From a bacterium (GTDB lineage Bacteria; UBA10199; 2-02-FULL-50-16; JAJFLM01): 64,000 bases of DNA. Shown in pieces: positions 11,538 through 20,131 of the stretch (positions are counted from its first letter, which is position 1; each line of letters opens with the position of its first letter). Location of the stretch: NCBI GenBank assembly GCA_965216315.1, contig CBDCFN010000015.1, positions 96,001 to 160,000 of the forward strand, read 5' to 3'. The notes under the pieces were generated by a model. It was not told the origin of the DNA and ran no database searches. It worked only from the letters and a program-made list of their open reading frames with translations. A program made the translations under genes and the position numbers.

Positions 11538-11891
11538 TCAGAGGATGGCGAGGACGCTTTCTGGAGGGCGACCTAGAGCCGCCTTGGAACCCTTGACCAC
11601 AATTGGTCGCTCAATGAGAACGGGGTTTTCCACCATCAGCCGGATCCATTCCTGGCGGGAACGCTCATCTGTCTTTTTCAAGCCCAAATCCTTAAAAGTC
11701 GCTTCTTTGGTGCGAATCACTTCGATGGGCTCTTTGCCGAGGGCCTTTAATACTTCTTCCAGTTTTGTGGCGGACGGTGGCGATTTAAGATATTCAATGA
11801 CTTCGGCATGAATCCCCTGCTCTTCTAATAAGGCCAGCGTCTGCCGACTCTTGGAACAGCGGGGGTTATGATAGATGGTCACTTTAGACAT
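11538..11891 (-). CDS. arsC: Arsenate reductase (glutaredoxin), ArsC family
   Basis: IYHNPRCSKSR ... LIERPIV ... LGRPPE. Confidence 0.9.
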   Translation of the reverse strand: MSKVTIYHNPRCSKSRQTLALLEEQGIHAEVIEYLKSPPSATKLEEVLKALGKEPIEVIRTKEATFKDLGLKKTDERSRQEWIRLMVENPVLIERPIVVKGSKAALGRPPESVLAIL

Positions 11892-11932
11892 TGTCAGCTC
11901 CTTGTTGATTAAGGAGCTATTCCTAACCCAAT

Positions 11933-12130
11933 CTACGGAATTGTCAGCAAAAATCGCTCCGAAATAATAATGATAAGTGAAACAATAGAAACAAAACCTC
12001 CGCTGGTTAAAAGCAGAAAAAGGAGCACCTTCCAGACATACGAACTATTGTGGTCCTCCGGTTTCAATAAATTTTCCATTGCCCGCATATCGTATCTATC
12101 CCAGGATTGGATAGAGTTCTTACGCATCAT
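11933..12130 (-). CDS. Small hypothetical membrane protein
   Basis: 65 aa, strong SD AAGGAGG, one C-terminal hydrophobic helix. Confidence 0.55.
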   Translation of the reverse strand: MMRKNSIQSWDRYDMRAMENLLKPEDHNSSYVWKVLLFLLLTSGGFVSIVSLIIIISERFLLTIP

Positions 12131-12149
12131 GACTTTTCCTCCTTATTAA

Positions 12150-12179
12150 GGGTCCGGCACCCTAATGGGTGCCGGACCC
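12150..12179. terminator. Perfect 13-bp GC-rich hairpin
   Basis: GGGTCCGGCACCC-TAAT-GGGTGCCGGACCC, intergenic, no long U tract. Confidence 0.55.
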
Positions 12180-12240
12180 CATAGAACGAGAAGGCCACTC
12201 CAGCGCGGCCCCACGTTCCCCCTAAGAGTCCTTGCTTCAA

Positions 12241-13077
12241 TCAAGGTTCTGTCGTCCCTTCCGCAAGCGGATCATCTTGCTCGTCCGGATCCAATTTATT
12301 ATCGTCATCCTGATCTTCGAATAAATCAGCCGACAGTTTTAAATTATTAATAATTGCTTGATGCGTTTCTGTATTATTGTCTTTATCGATCAATATGATC
12401 GGCTCCTCATTTTCATCGAAGCTCACCTCAAGCGATGCGGTATTCAGGGCTGTACTTACAAACCATTGGTCCAAATCAAAAGCGATAAAGAAACGATCTA
12501 ACGAACCTGCCGCATTGATATTAAATCCACCCTCTTCATTTTCTAGCTTAAATTCTTCATCGACTTCGAGCGACACGCGAAATTTTAGTCCATCGCCACG
12601 CGTCCCCTCAATAAGAACACTCTTACCCGCGATCGTATCGCCTTCGCTCACATTACTATCAAGTTTCTTCAAAATCAGCTTGATACGACAGTACGCACCG
12701 GCAGGTATATTGATTTCTTCCAACCCCGAAACAGTTCCCGTTTCGAGCAGGTCTACAACGAAAGGCCCATCAAAACGCAACGGATCCTTCTCCTCTTGAC
12801 TCAACTCCTGAGATACGGGCTCGCTATCTTCACAGCCAAGCGCAGGACGGAAACGTATTTGATCTAGAACAATCTGTGCTGTCGTGACATCCAGACCGCT
12901 GACAGTCAGATCTCCCCATTGCAAGGCCTGTAACAACGATGATTGGTAACCGACGATGCTAATAGCGACACCACCGGTGGGCTTTTTAGGATTCCCTATT
13001 TCCGATCCGCCCTGGCCGCAAGCGACATACGAAAGGATAAATAGGACTAAGCTGGAGTATGAAAGAAATGTCTTCAT
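12241..13077 (-). CDS. Putative lipoprotein, DUF4382-like
   Basis: Lipobox YVAC; GPFVVDLL, IPAGAYCRIK and IAFDLDQW resemble DUF4382; acidic tail. Confidence 0.6.
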   Translation of the reverse strand: MKTFLSYSSLVLFILSYVACGQGGSEIGNPKKPTGGVAISIVGYQSSLLQALQWGDLTVSGLDVTTAQIVLDQIRFRPALGCEDSEPVSQELSQEEKDPLRFDGPFVVDLLETGTVSGLEEINIPAGAYCRIKLILKKLDSNVSEGDTIAGKSVLIEGTRGDGLKFRVSLEVDEEFKLENEEGGFNINAAGSLDRFFIAFDLDQWFVSTALNTASLEVSFDENEEPIILIDKDNNTETHQAIINNLKLSADLFEDQDDDNKLDPDEQDDPLAEGTTEP

Positions 13078-13928
13078 GACGTTTCCTTTCGTTGTAACTT
13101 GGTTAGGGGGAACATTTGAATATTGACCTGAGCGACTTCCTCAGGCTCACTCGTAACCGAAACAAGCTTCAGGATTTCCTGTCTGAATTCATGAATTTTC
13201 TGTTTTAATACAGGAATCTGATCTCTTGTAATGCCAAGCGTCATGGCACTGACATCCCGCATTTCCGAATCAACCTCTTCAAGAATATCCTGACTGAGCG
13301 CGAGTAAGTTCTTATGATAGTTGAATACCGTTAAAGATTGAACTTCTGAACCGGTCGAAACAACTGAACTTGATTGTTTCCATTGGCCATCTGGAGCCAT
13401 TTCAAGAAGACCTAATTTTTCTAAAAGTTCGAGGGATTTTTGAACCTGTTGTTCAGAGATTTCCGGGTAGATCCGTTTAACAATCCAGGCCGGCGTCCCA
13501 TCAAAATCTTTTGCCGTAGCCAGTTCACGAATTACCGTGTGGTACCAACTAGAACAATACTCATATTGATGTTTCTCAATGGGTTTAAGCTGAGTATATT
13601 TTCGCGATTGTAAGAGACGCTGATAAAATTTGTCTTTCTCTTCGTGAGTCTTAGCCTGATTAAAACAAACAAGGTTATGAAAGAATTCCGTTTCTTGTTT
13701 ATTAAGCTTGAGACCTGTGGAAAATTTTACAATACTCTCTTCAGTGAGATTGCGCTTTCCTTCCATGACGAGTTTGTAAAAATTCGTCGACCGAAACCCA
13801 GCTCGTTCTGAAAAAGTACGAAATGAAAAAGAGGCACGCGTCTGCTTCTTTTTATCATACCAGGCCCGAAGAAATTTTCGATAATCGAGATATTTGAAGA
13901 TATTGACCGGTGAGGAGGGTCGCCGCAT
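13074..13928 (-). CDS. TIGR02147-family protein (HTH plus DUF4423)
   Basis: IFKYLDYRKFL, FSFRTFS..AGF, GKRNL, WYHTVIREL, C-terminal QVNIQMFPL. Confidence 0.85.
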   Translation of the reverse strand: MRRPSSPVNIFKYLDYRKFLRAWYDKKKQTRASFSFRTFSERAGFRSTNFYKLVMEGKRNLTEESIVKFSTGLKLNKQETEFFHNLVCFNQAKTHEEKDKFYQRLLQSRKYTQLKPIEKHQYEYCSSWYHTVIRELATAKDFDGTPAWIVKRIYPEISEQQVQKSLELLEKLGLLEMAPDGQWKQSSSVVSTGSEVQSLTVFNYHKNLLALSQDILEEVDSEMRDVSAMTLGITRDQIPVLKQKIHEFRQEILKLVSVTSEPEEVAQVNIQMFPLTKLQRKETS

Positions 13929-13934
13929 CCTCTA

Positions 13935-13963
13935 TTGATACGGCCGCCCGGCAAGGAGGTCAA
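13935..13963 (-). promoter_or_regulatory. Sigma70-like promoter abutting the TIGR02147 start
   Basis: TTGACC-N17-TATCAA, ending 6 nt before ATG. Confidence 0.5.
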
Positions 13964-14084
13964 GCATTTACGATATTTTAAGTATACTCTTGTACTTGCA
14001 TATCTATATAACTTAGTGAAAAATAACAGTATATTTGAAATAAATAAAATTTTATTCTTTTTTCTGTACTGATTGTGAGCGGTC

Positions 14085-15263
14085 CTACCCGTAAAGACAG
14101 TACCTCCGCCTCTCCTCTCGAAAAGCCTCCATTTCCTCCGGCCAAGAAGCCATATAGGCGTCTAATGATTGGTTGTGAATGAGACAATTTCGATAGATAT
14201 CACTGCCCGTTAAGAGGTCAATCGCTGGTATATCCGTCACAAACTCATAAGGCTTTTCGCGCCACCGGAAATCATCGGGATAAAGATCATGGATCGTCTT
14301 GAGTAGAATCAAACCTGCCTTAAAGGACTCAAACTTATCTCGGTCCAAAACGTGGACTTGAACGCCAAAACATTCCTTACGTTGACATTTTTGATAATTC
14401 GGTTTGAAACTTGTGGGCCTGAAATACACTCCGGATAAATCTTGCTTATTGAGAGCGTCGGAGAGTCCGCGCGCTTCTATATAAGGAGCCCCAATCCACT
14501 CAAACGGCATCGTCGTGCCACGTCCCTCCGAGAGCTCGGTCGCCTCAATCAAACACATACCCGGATAGACAATTCCTGCTTGCAATGTCGGCATATTAGG
14601 TGACGGAGGAACAAAAGTCAGTCCGGTTTGATCATAATAATACTCGCGTAACCAACCTGTCATCGGAATGACCGTTAAGTCGCACCCGAATTGTTCCGTC
14701 TCATTGAAATATTGAGCTAATTCTCCAATAGTCATGCCATGGCGCACGGGCAGGGGATACAGACCTACAAAGGAAGCAAACTCCCGCTGCAACATGTTAC
14801 CTTCTATCGTAATACCATTGAGAGGATTGGGGCGATCTAAGACAATCACCGGCTTATCCGCTGCGGCACAGGCCTCCATGCACAAGGCTACCGTATAGAT
14901 ATAGGTATAATAGCGTGATCCAATATCCTGCAGGTCACACACTAGAACATCAAAACGATCCAGATCTTCTGGCTTCGGCTTGAGCGACTCAAGCGTCGTC
15001 CCGTACAAACTGATCACGTCGAGCCCTGTCCCCGGATCAATTGACGTACTAACGCCTTCCATATCCTGCGCGGTTCCATATAAGCCATGCTCAGGGCCAA
15101 AAAGAACTGTCAGGTTCACTTCCGGATGTTCATCCAGGAGGGTCGGCGTAAACCGCAGCTGTCGATCGACACTGGCCACATGAGCTAACAGCGCCACCCG
15201 CTTTCCCTTCAAGAGATGCATATGCTCCGCGAGCAAATTATCAATCCCCAAGTGAACCGACAC
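14085..15263 (-). CDS. Exo-beta-N-acetylmuramidase NamZ (DUF1343) family
   Basis: LFGPEHG, DLQDIGSRYYTY, LDRPNP, PPSPNMP, SEGRGT. Confidence 0.9.
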   Translation of the reverse strand: MSVHLGIDNLLAEHMHLLKGKRVALLAHVASVDRQLRFTPTLLDEHPEVNLTVLFGPEHGLYGTAQDMEGVSTSIDPGTGLDVISLYGTTLESLKPKPEDLDRFDVLVCDLQDIGSRYYTYIYTVALCMEACAAADKPVIVLDRPNPLNGITIEGNMLQREFASFVGLYPLPVRHGMTIGELAQYFNETEQFGCDLTVIPMTGWLREYYYDQTGLTFVPPSPNMPTLQAGIVYPGMCLIEATELSEGRGTTMPFEWIGAPYIEARGLSDALNKQDLSGVYFRPTSFKPNYQKCQRKECFGVQVHVLDRDKFESFKAGLILLKTIHDLYPDDFRWREKPYEFVTDIPAIDLLTGSDIYRNCLIHNQSLDAYMASWPEEMEAFREERRRYCLYG

Positions 15264-16240
15264 TATAATAATCCAGCCTTTCGGTATCCAGCAGTTGTTT
15301 TTTCAATACAAGCACTCAGATTATTCAAAGGGCTCCAGCCAAAATCCCGTATGAGCGCGCTACTATCACAGGTAAAAGAGGACACCGTCAGCTGTTGATA
15401 TTGCTTAATATCCAACTGATTCTTAAACGGCAGTAGTTTCGACGCCGCTGTTCCCCCAACCATTAAAGTATAAAGCAAAGGCTTAGGAATCGGAACAACG
15501 AGTATATTTCGCTGCATAACCCGACGAAATTCATCCCACATCTGGCTGATACGCGCATTATCTAGATGAGTTGTAAAATAGGTCCGTTGCTCAGAGCTGT
15601 CATCATTAACAAGACGAATAATCGCATCGACCAGATCATCGACATAGACATAGCTGAATGATTGATCGATCCCTGCCACCCTAAAACCATAACCACGAGC
15701 AGCCATTTTAAAAACAGTCAGAAAAGCCGGATCCCCGGGGCCATAGACGGCTCCCGGCCGGAAACACGTCACGGGCCAGGGAGCTTCGGCTTGTAGATAC
15801 TGCTCGGCAGCCAATTTGGCCCGCCCATAATCGTCGCAGGGTTGTTCGGTATCCGTTTCAGTATGAGGACGGCCGGGTCGATTGGGTCCGCTGACAGCTA
15901 AAGTAGAAGCGAAGATAAAACGGCGCGGCTGCCAGGTCTGTCGCTTGATGCATTCGACCAAATCTTTGACCGCATCAAAATTGTACCGTGTATAGTCCTG
16001 GGTGCGTTCGGCAGCGATGACTCCAGCTAGATGAATTACAAGATCGCACTGGGGCAGTACAAGTTCGGGATCCTTAAAAAGAGCGAGGTCACCTTTAAGG
16101 ATTTGAATCCCGGTCGGTGGAAGTTGCTTGGTTTTGTGCGGTGAGCGTACGAGGGCAATGAGTTCGTGACCTGCCGCGACTAGGGCGCGAGACAAATGAG
16201 TTCCAATAAAACCGGTCGCTCCCGTGACAAGTATCTTCAC
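15263..16240 (-). CDS. NAD-dependent epimerase/dehydratase
   Basis: TGATGFIG, HLAG, YxxxK (YGRAK), VYGPGD. Confidence 0.9.
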   Translation of the reverse strand: MKILVTGATGFIGTHLSRALVAAGHELIALVRSPHKTKQLPPTGIQILKGDLALFKDPELVLPQCDLVIHLAGVIAAERTQDYTRYNFDAVKDLVECIKRQTWQPRRFIFASTLAVSGPNRPGRPHTETDTEQPCDDYGRAKLAAEQYLQAEAPWPVTCFRPGAVYGPGDPAFLTVFKMAARGYGFRVAGIDQSFSYVYVDDLVDAIIRLVNDDSSEQRTYFTTHLDNARISQMWDEFRRVMQRNILVVPIPKPLLYTLMVGGTAASKLLPFKNQLDIKQYQQLTVSSFTCDSSALIRDFGWSPLNNLSACIEKTTAGYRKAGLL

Positions 16241-17646
16241 AGAGCCAATTCCTGACGTATCGCCTGTAATAATTCTTGTACGCGCTCATTCGACTCCGCC
16301 TCCGCATAGAGCCGCAACAAAGGTTCGGTTCCAGAGGCGCGTATCAGCACCCAGCTTCCATCGGCAAGATTGAGACGACAACCGTCAATACGAAGTATTT
16401 CAGCGATCGGTAGACCCGCTAACGTCTCCCGAGAAAAATCAGTGACGTGTCGCCGAATCTCATTAATCTTATCCGCAGCTAATGCTAAGTCGACTCGCGC
16501 AAAGCGATGAGTCCCAATATCCGCCTCAAGCTCAGTAATTAGTTTTGAAAGTGATTTTTTTTCTTGTGTCATTAATTCGAGAAGCAGGAGACCTGATAAA
16601 ATGCCGTCACGTTCCGGGATGTGCCTCGCTATAGCGATCCCGCCCGACTCTTCTCCGCCGATCATCGGTGATATTTCATGAAACTTTGTGCAGATATGTT
16701 TAAATCCGATCGCAGTCTGATGGATTTTTAATCCGTATTTTTCACACAGCTTATCGATCATTTGCGTCGTCGACACCGTCTTGACTACTTCGCCTGTCTC
16801 GCCACGATTCTCGACAAGATGCTTAAGAAGCAAGGCAAAGATATGATGACTGTTGACATACCGCCCGTTCTCATCACCAGCGCCGATGCGATCCGCGTCT
16901 CCATCCGTTGCCAGACCGATATCCACGCCCTTGGCCCCAACCTGATCCAGTAGCTCTGATAGATTCTTTTCAATCGGTTCCGGTTGGACCCCATTAAACG
17001 ATGGATTGCGCGCATCGTGCAATTCCTTCACACCATCGCCCAGTACCGCTGCAAAATACCCCGAACCCGCTCCATACATAGAATCGGCTACAACATTCCA
17101 ACCGGCCTTACAGATAGCCTCAACATCAATCATTGATTGTAAATGTTCGACATAAGGACCTAAGGGATCAAAGTCTTTTAGAAGCCCTTTGTCTCGGGCT
17201 ATTTCTAAAGACAGGGTTTGTGGTTGTCGCCCTTGCTCGGAGTTGGCAACAACACGATTTTCAATCGGCCCCGTATAGGTCTCAGCCGCGGCACCACCAT
17301 CCGGTTCTTTAAACTTAATTCCATTCCATTCATGCGGATTATGACTTGCTGTAATCATGATACCCGCACCCGCTTTAAACTCTTTAGTCATCCAAGAAAT
17401 ACAGGGAGTCGGACAAAATTGCCGGGCTAAATGAACTTCGATGCCATTAGCGGTTAGAACTTCGGCTGCCGCTTCAGCAAATTCGCGCGACAAAAACCGT
17501 CTGTCATAACCAAGATAAATCAATTGCGGCTGAGAGGACTCAACAAAAATATCGCAGAAAGCTTGCAGCACGCTTCTGACATTATCGAAAGTAAAATCGC
17601 GTGCAATGCGTCCTCGCCACCCGTCGGTACCGAATTTAATTTGCAT
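16237..17646 (-). CDS. Phosphoglucomutase/phosphomannomutase family
   Basis: FGTDGWRG, TASHNP, DGDADR, GGEESGG, RASGTEP. Confidence 0.95.
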   Translation of the reverse strand: MQIKFGTDGWRGRIARDFTFDNVRSVLQAFCDIFVESSQPQLIYLGYDRRFLSREFAEAAAEVLTANGIEVHLARQFCPTPCISWMTKEFKAGAGIMITASHNPHEWNGIKFKEPDGGAAAETYTGPIENRVVANSEQGRQPQTLSLEIARDKGLLKDFDPLGPYVEHLQSMIDVEAICKAGWNVVADSMYGAGSGYFAAVLGDGVKELHDARNPSFNGVQPEPIEKNLSELLDQVGAKGVDIGLATDGDADRIGAGDENGRYVNSHHIFALLLKHLVENRGETGEVVKTVSTTQMIDKLCEKYGLKIHQTAIGFKHICTKFHEISPMIGGEESGGIAIARHIPERDGILSGLLLLELMTQEKKSLSKLITELEADIGTHRFARVDLALAADKINEIRRHVTDFSRETLAGLPIAEILRIDGCRLNLADGSWVLIRASGTEPLLRLYAEAESNERVQELLQAIRQELAL

Positions 17647-17647
17647 A

Positions 17648-18589
17648 TTATTTTCCCACTAACTTCGCAGCCAACTTCCCCGCTGCAATCATGCTTTTAG
17701 CGTTCGCAATACCTTTCCAAGCAATATCGAAAGCGACTCCATGATCCACGCTGGTCCGTACAAAAGGCAGGCCTAAAGTCATATTGACCGCGTCTTCAAA
17801 ATGCAAGAGCTTGATCGGGATCAAACCCTGGTCATGGTAAAGGCTGACAACGACGTCATAATCGCCCTTCAGGGCCTGATAAAAAACCGTATCCCCGGGA
17901 AGAGGACCCGTCACCTTAATACCCTGCTGTTGCGCCGCCTTAATGGCCGGCTCCAAATAGCGGATTTCTTCCTGACCAAAAAGGCCGGCTTCACCAGCAT
18001 GGGGATTCAACCCAGCAACGGCAATATGCGGGCTCCGTAAACGATAGCGCGCTCGCATGACTTGATGAGTGAGGCGAATCGTCTCTAAAATGCGTTCGCG
18101 TGTAGCCAACTTGGGAACTTTTGCAAGCGGCTCATGCAATGTCACGAGAACCACTTTTAGTTTTTTACCAACCATCATGAGAAAAGTCTGTTGCTTCGAC
18201 TGCGCATACTCGGCCAATAACTCAGTATGCCCCGGGTGACGCGCTCCGGCGAGGTGAATGTGCTCCTTACAAATTGGCCCGGTGACGATGGCATCACATT
18301 TCTTCTCGAGAACGGAAGCAACAGCCGCACGGATGTAAGCCAGTGACGCCTCACCACAGCGCTTGCGCGGTGAATTGAGTCCGACCGTCAAGGAAGGCTC
18401 GATGACCACTTGATTCATCGGCACTCGCTGCCCACAGGAATGAGCGGCTACTTCAAGAATGTCACGATGGCCGAATATGATGAGTTGCGCCTGTCGCTTC
18501 AGGCTTGGTAGCGCCTTGACAATCACTTCGGGACCGACGCCGCGCGGATCGCCCATAGTGATAGCTAGCGTTGGCTTTTTAGTGGCGAT
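17648..18589 (-). CDS. pdxA: 4-hydroxythreonine-4-phosphate dehydrogenase (start placed at ATC 18589; first ATG is 18556)
   Basis: KPTLAITMGDPRGVGPE, GHTE, GLNPHAGE, YHDQGLIP, RTSVDHG. Confidence 0.93.
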   Translation of the reverse strand: MATKKPTLAITMGDPRGVGPEVIVKALPSLKRQAQLIIFGHRDILEVAAHSCGQRVPMNQVVIEPSLTVGLNSPRKRCGEASLAYIRAAVASVLEKKCDAIVTGPICKEHIHLAGARHPGHTELLAEYAQSKQQTFLMMVGKKLKVVLVTLHEPLAKVPKLATRERILETIRLTHQVMRARYRLRSPHIAVAGLNPHAGEAGLFGQEEIRYLEPAIKAAQQQGIKVTGPLPGDTVFYQALKGDYDVVVSLYHDQGLIPIKLLHFEDAVNMTLGLPFVRTSVDHGVAFDIAWKGIANAKSMIAAGKLAAKLVGK

Positions 18590-19196
18590 CCTTTATCTCC
18601 ACATAAGTCCGTGTGCGAACACGCGCGATATAGGACTTGAGATGTTCACGTGATTTCTGTTCGAGAATGGCCTGTTCGATTTCTTTTTTAGATTGCTGCT
18701 TTGATTTCTGAGGATAACGGCGGCGATATAAATCGTAGTCTTCTTCACCTACATCAATTTTGCTATAAATTCGTTGTCGCATGAACTTCATCATTTTGAG
18801 ACGTTCTTCTAGATCGTGACGATATGCTTCCCAGGGGACTCCCTTGGCTGCAAGTTCCCGCTTAAGCTGGTCCAAAGTCATATGGTTTTTTGCCAGCACC
18901 ATTCGAACTGTCTGATCAAGCTCGGCCTGCGGTACCTTGATACCAAGACGATCGATTTCCTGACTGAGTAACCGTTCTTCGATTAATTCATCCAGCGTTT
19001 CCTGGCGGCTCATTTTTTTCTTAGAGCCAAAACGTCCCTTACGAACCGCCTCTCTAGCGCGAATATCGGAAAGAAGAATAATTTCCGATCCGACGGTGGC
19101 TGCAATCGCATCAACAAGACCCGCGGCCTGCGCTGCCGGTAATGGCATCAAACTTAGCCCGAGCCAGGTCGCAACAAATAACTTCAATGATTTCAT
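18579..19196 (-). CDS. SurA N-terminal domain protein
   Basis: Signal peptide, VDAIAATVGSEIILLSD, LDELIEERLL; mfd-PPIase-pdxA context. Confidence 0.8.
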   Translation of the reverse strand: MKSLKLFVATWLGLSLMPLPAAQAAGLVDAIAATVGSEIILLSDIRAREAVRKGRFGSKKKMSRQETLDELIEERLLSQEIDRLGIKVPQAELDQTVRMVLAKNHMTLDQLKRELAAKGVPWEAYRHDLEERLKMMKFMRQRIYSKIDVGEEDYDLYRRRYPQKSKQQSKKEIEQAILEQKSREHLKSYIARVRTRTYVEIKDRH

Positions 19197-20131
19197 AGTG
19201 TCACCTCAGCCAGGGCCTCCTCGTTGACTTGAATCGGGAGCTCCTGGCGTAATTGCTCCAAAGTCACGCTAATATTTTCTCGAATCCGTTGTTCCGTCAA
19301 GATCCGTCTGACATCTTCGGTGGCTTCCTTAAGAGAGCGCTTCTTTTTCTTTCGACGATCAACCAGCTTGAACAGGTGATATCCATAGTCTGATTTGATA
19401 ACCTGGCTAAGCTGGCCCTTCTTGAGCTTAAAGCAAGTTTCAGTAAAAACGGGCGGATAATCACCCTTCGTAAAATAGCCCAAATCGCCCCCCTCGGCAC
19501 CTTCGGGCCCTTTAGAATACTGCCGTGCGACCTGTTCAAATTCGGCCCCGGCTTCTATCATCTGTCTCAGTTTGGCCGCCTCCTCCTTTGTATTCACAAA
19601 AATATGCAGCGCCTTTACTTGTTCGGGCCGAATAAAAGCCTCTTTATGTTTACGATAATAAGCTTTGATCTCATCAGGAGTCACCTGTATCTGACTGACA
19701 ATATATTTTCGTATCCAATTTTGTACGAGAAATTTTTCCTGTTGTGCTTGTTCCCATTCACGAACAGTGAGGCCTCGGCTCTCCATCTGGTCTTCAAAAT
19801 CTGTTTCATCATAGCCCTGCTTGAGCCGCGCTAAATATCCTTGTAGCACAACAGAGTCGATAGTCATCCCGTGCCGACGTGCCTGCATCAGTAAAATACG
19901 ATGTTCAATCAAGGCATCAAGTATGGCCCGCTTACGACGTTGCAATTTTTCGGGCGACCGGGGATCCGGCAATAACCCCAATTGCAACTCTTGCATTCGA
20001 AAGGCCTTCTTAAGGTCTTTTGCCGTAATCGCTTCTGCATCAATCGTTGCCAATACGGCCGTCTCACTCCCGGAACAACTTAGCAAAAAAACTACCGTCA
20101 GCAACACTAAGATGGGCTTAAATAACGACAT
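19193..20131 (-). CDS. Parvulin/PrsA-type peptidyl-prolyl isomerase lipoprotein
   Basis: Lipobox LLSC; HIFV, FEQVARQYS, GGDLGYF, SDYGYH. Confidence 0.9.
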   Translation of the reverse strand: MSLFKPILVLLTVVFLLSCSGSETAVLATIDAEAITAKDLKKAFRMQELQLGLLPDPRSPEKLQRRKRAILDALIEHRILLMQARRHGMTIDSVVLQGYLARLKQGYDETDFEDQMESRGLTVREWEQAQQEKFLVQNWIRKYIVSQIQVTPDEIKAYYRKHKEAFIRPEQVKALHIFVNTKEEAAKLRQMIEAGAEFEQVARQYSKGPEGAEGGDLGYFTKGDYPPVFTETCFKLKKGQLSQVIKSDYGYHLFKLVDRRKKKKRSLKEATEDVRRILTEQRIRENISVTLEQLRQELPIQVNEEALAEVTL

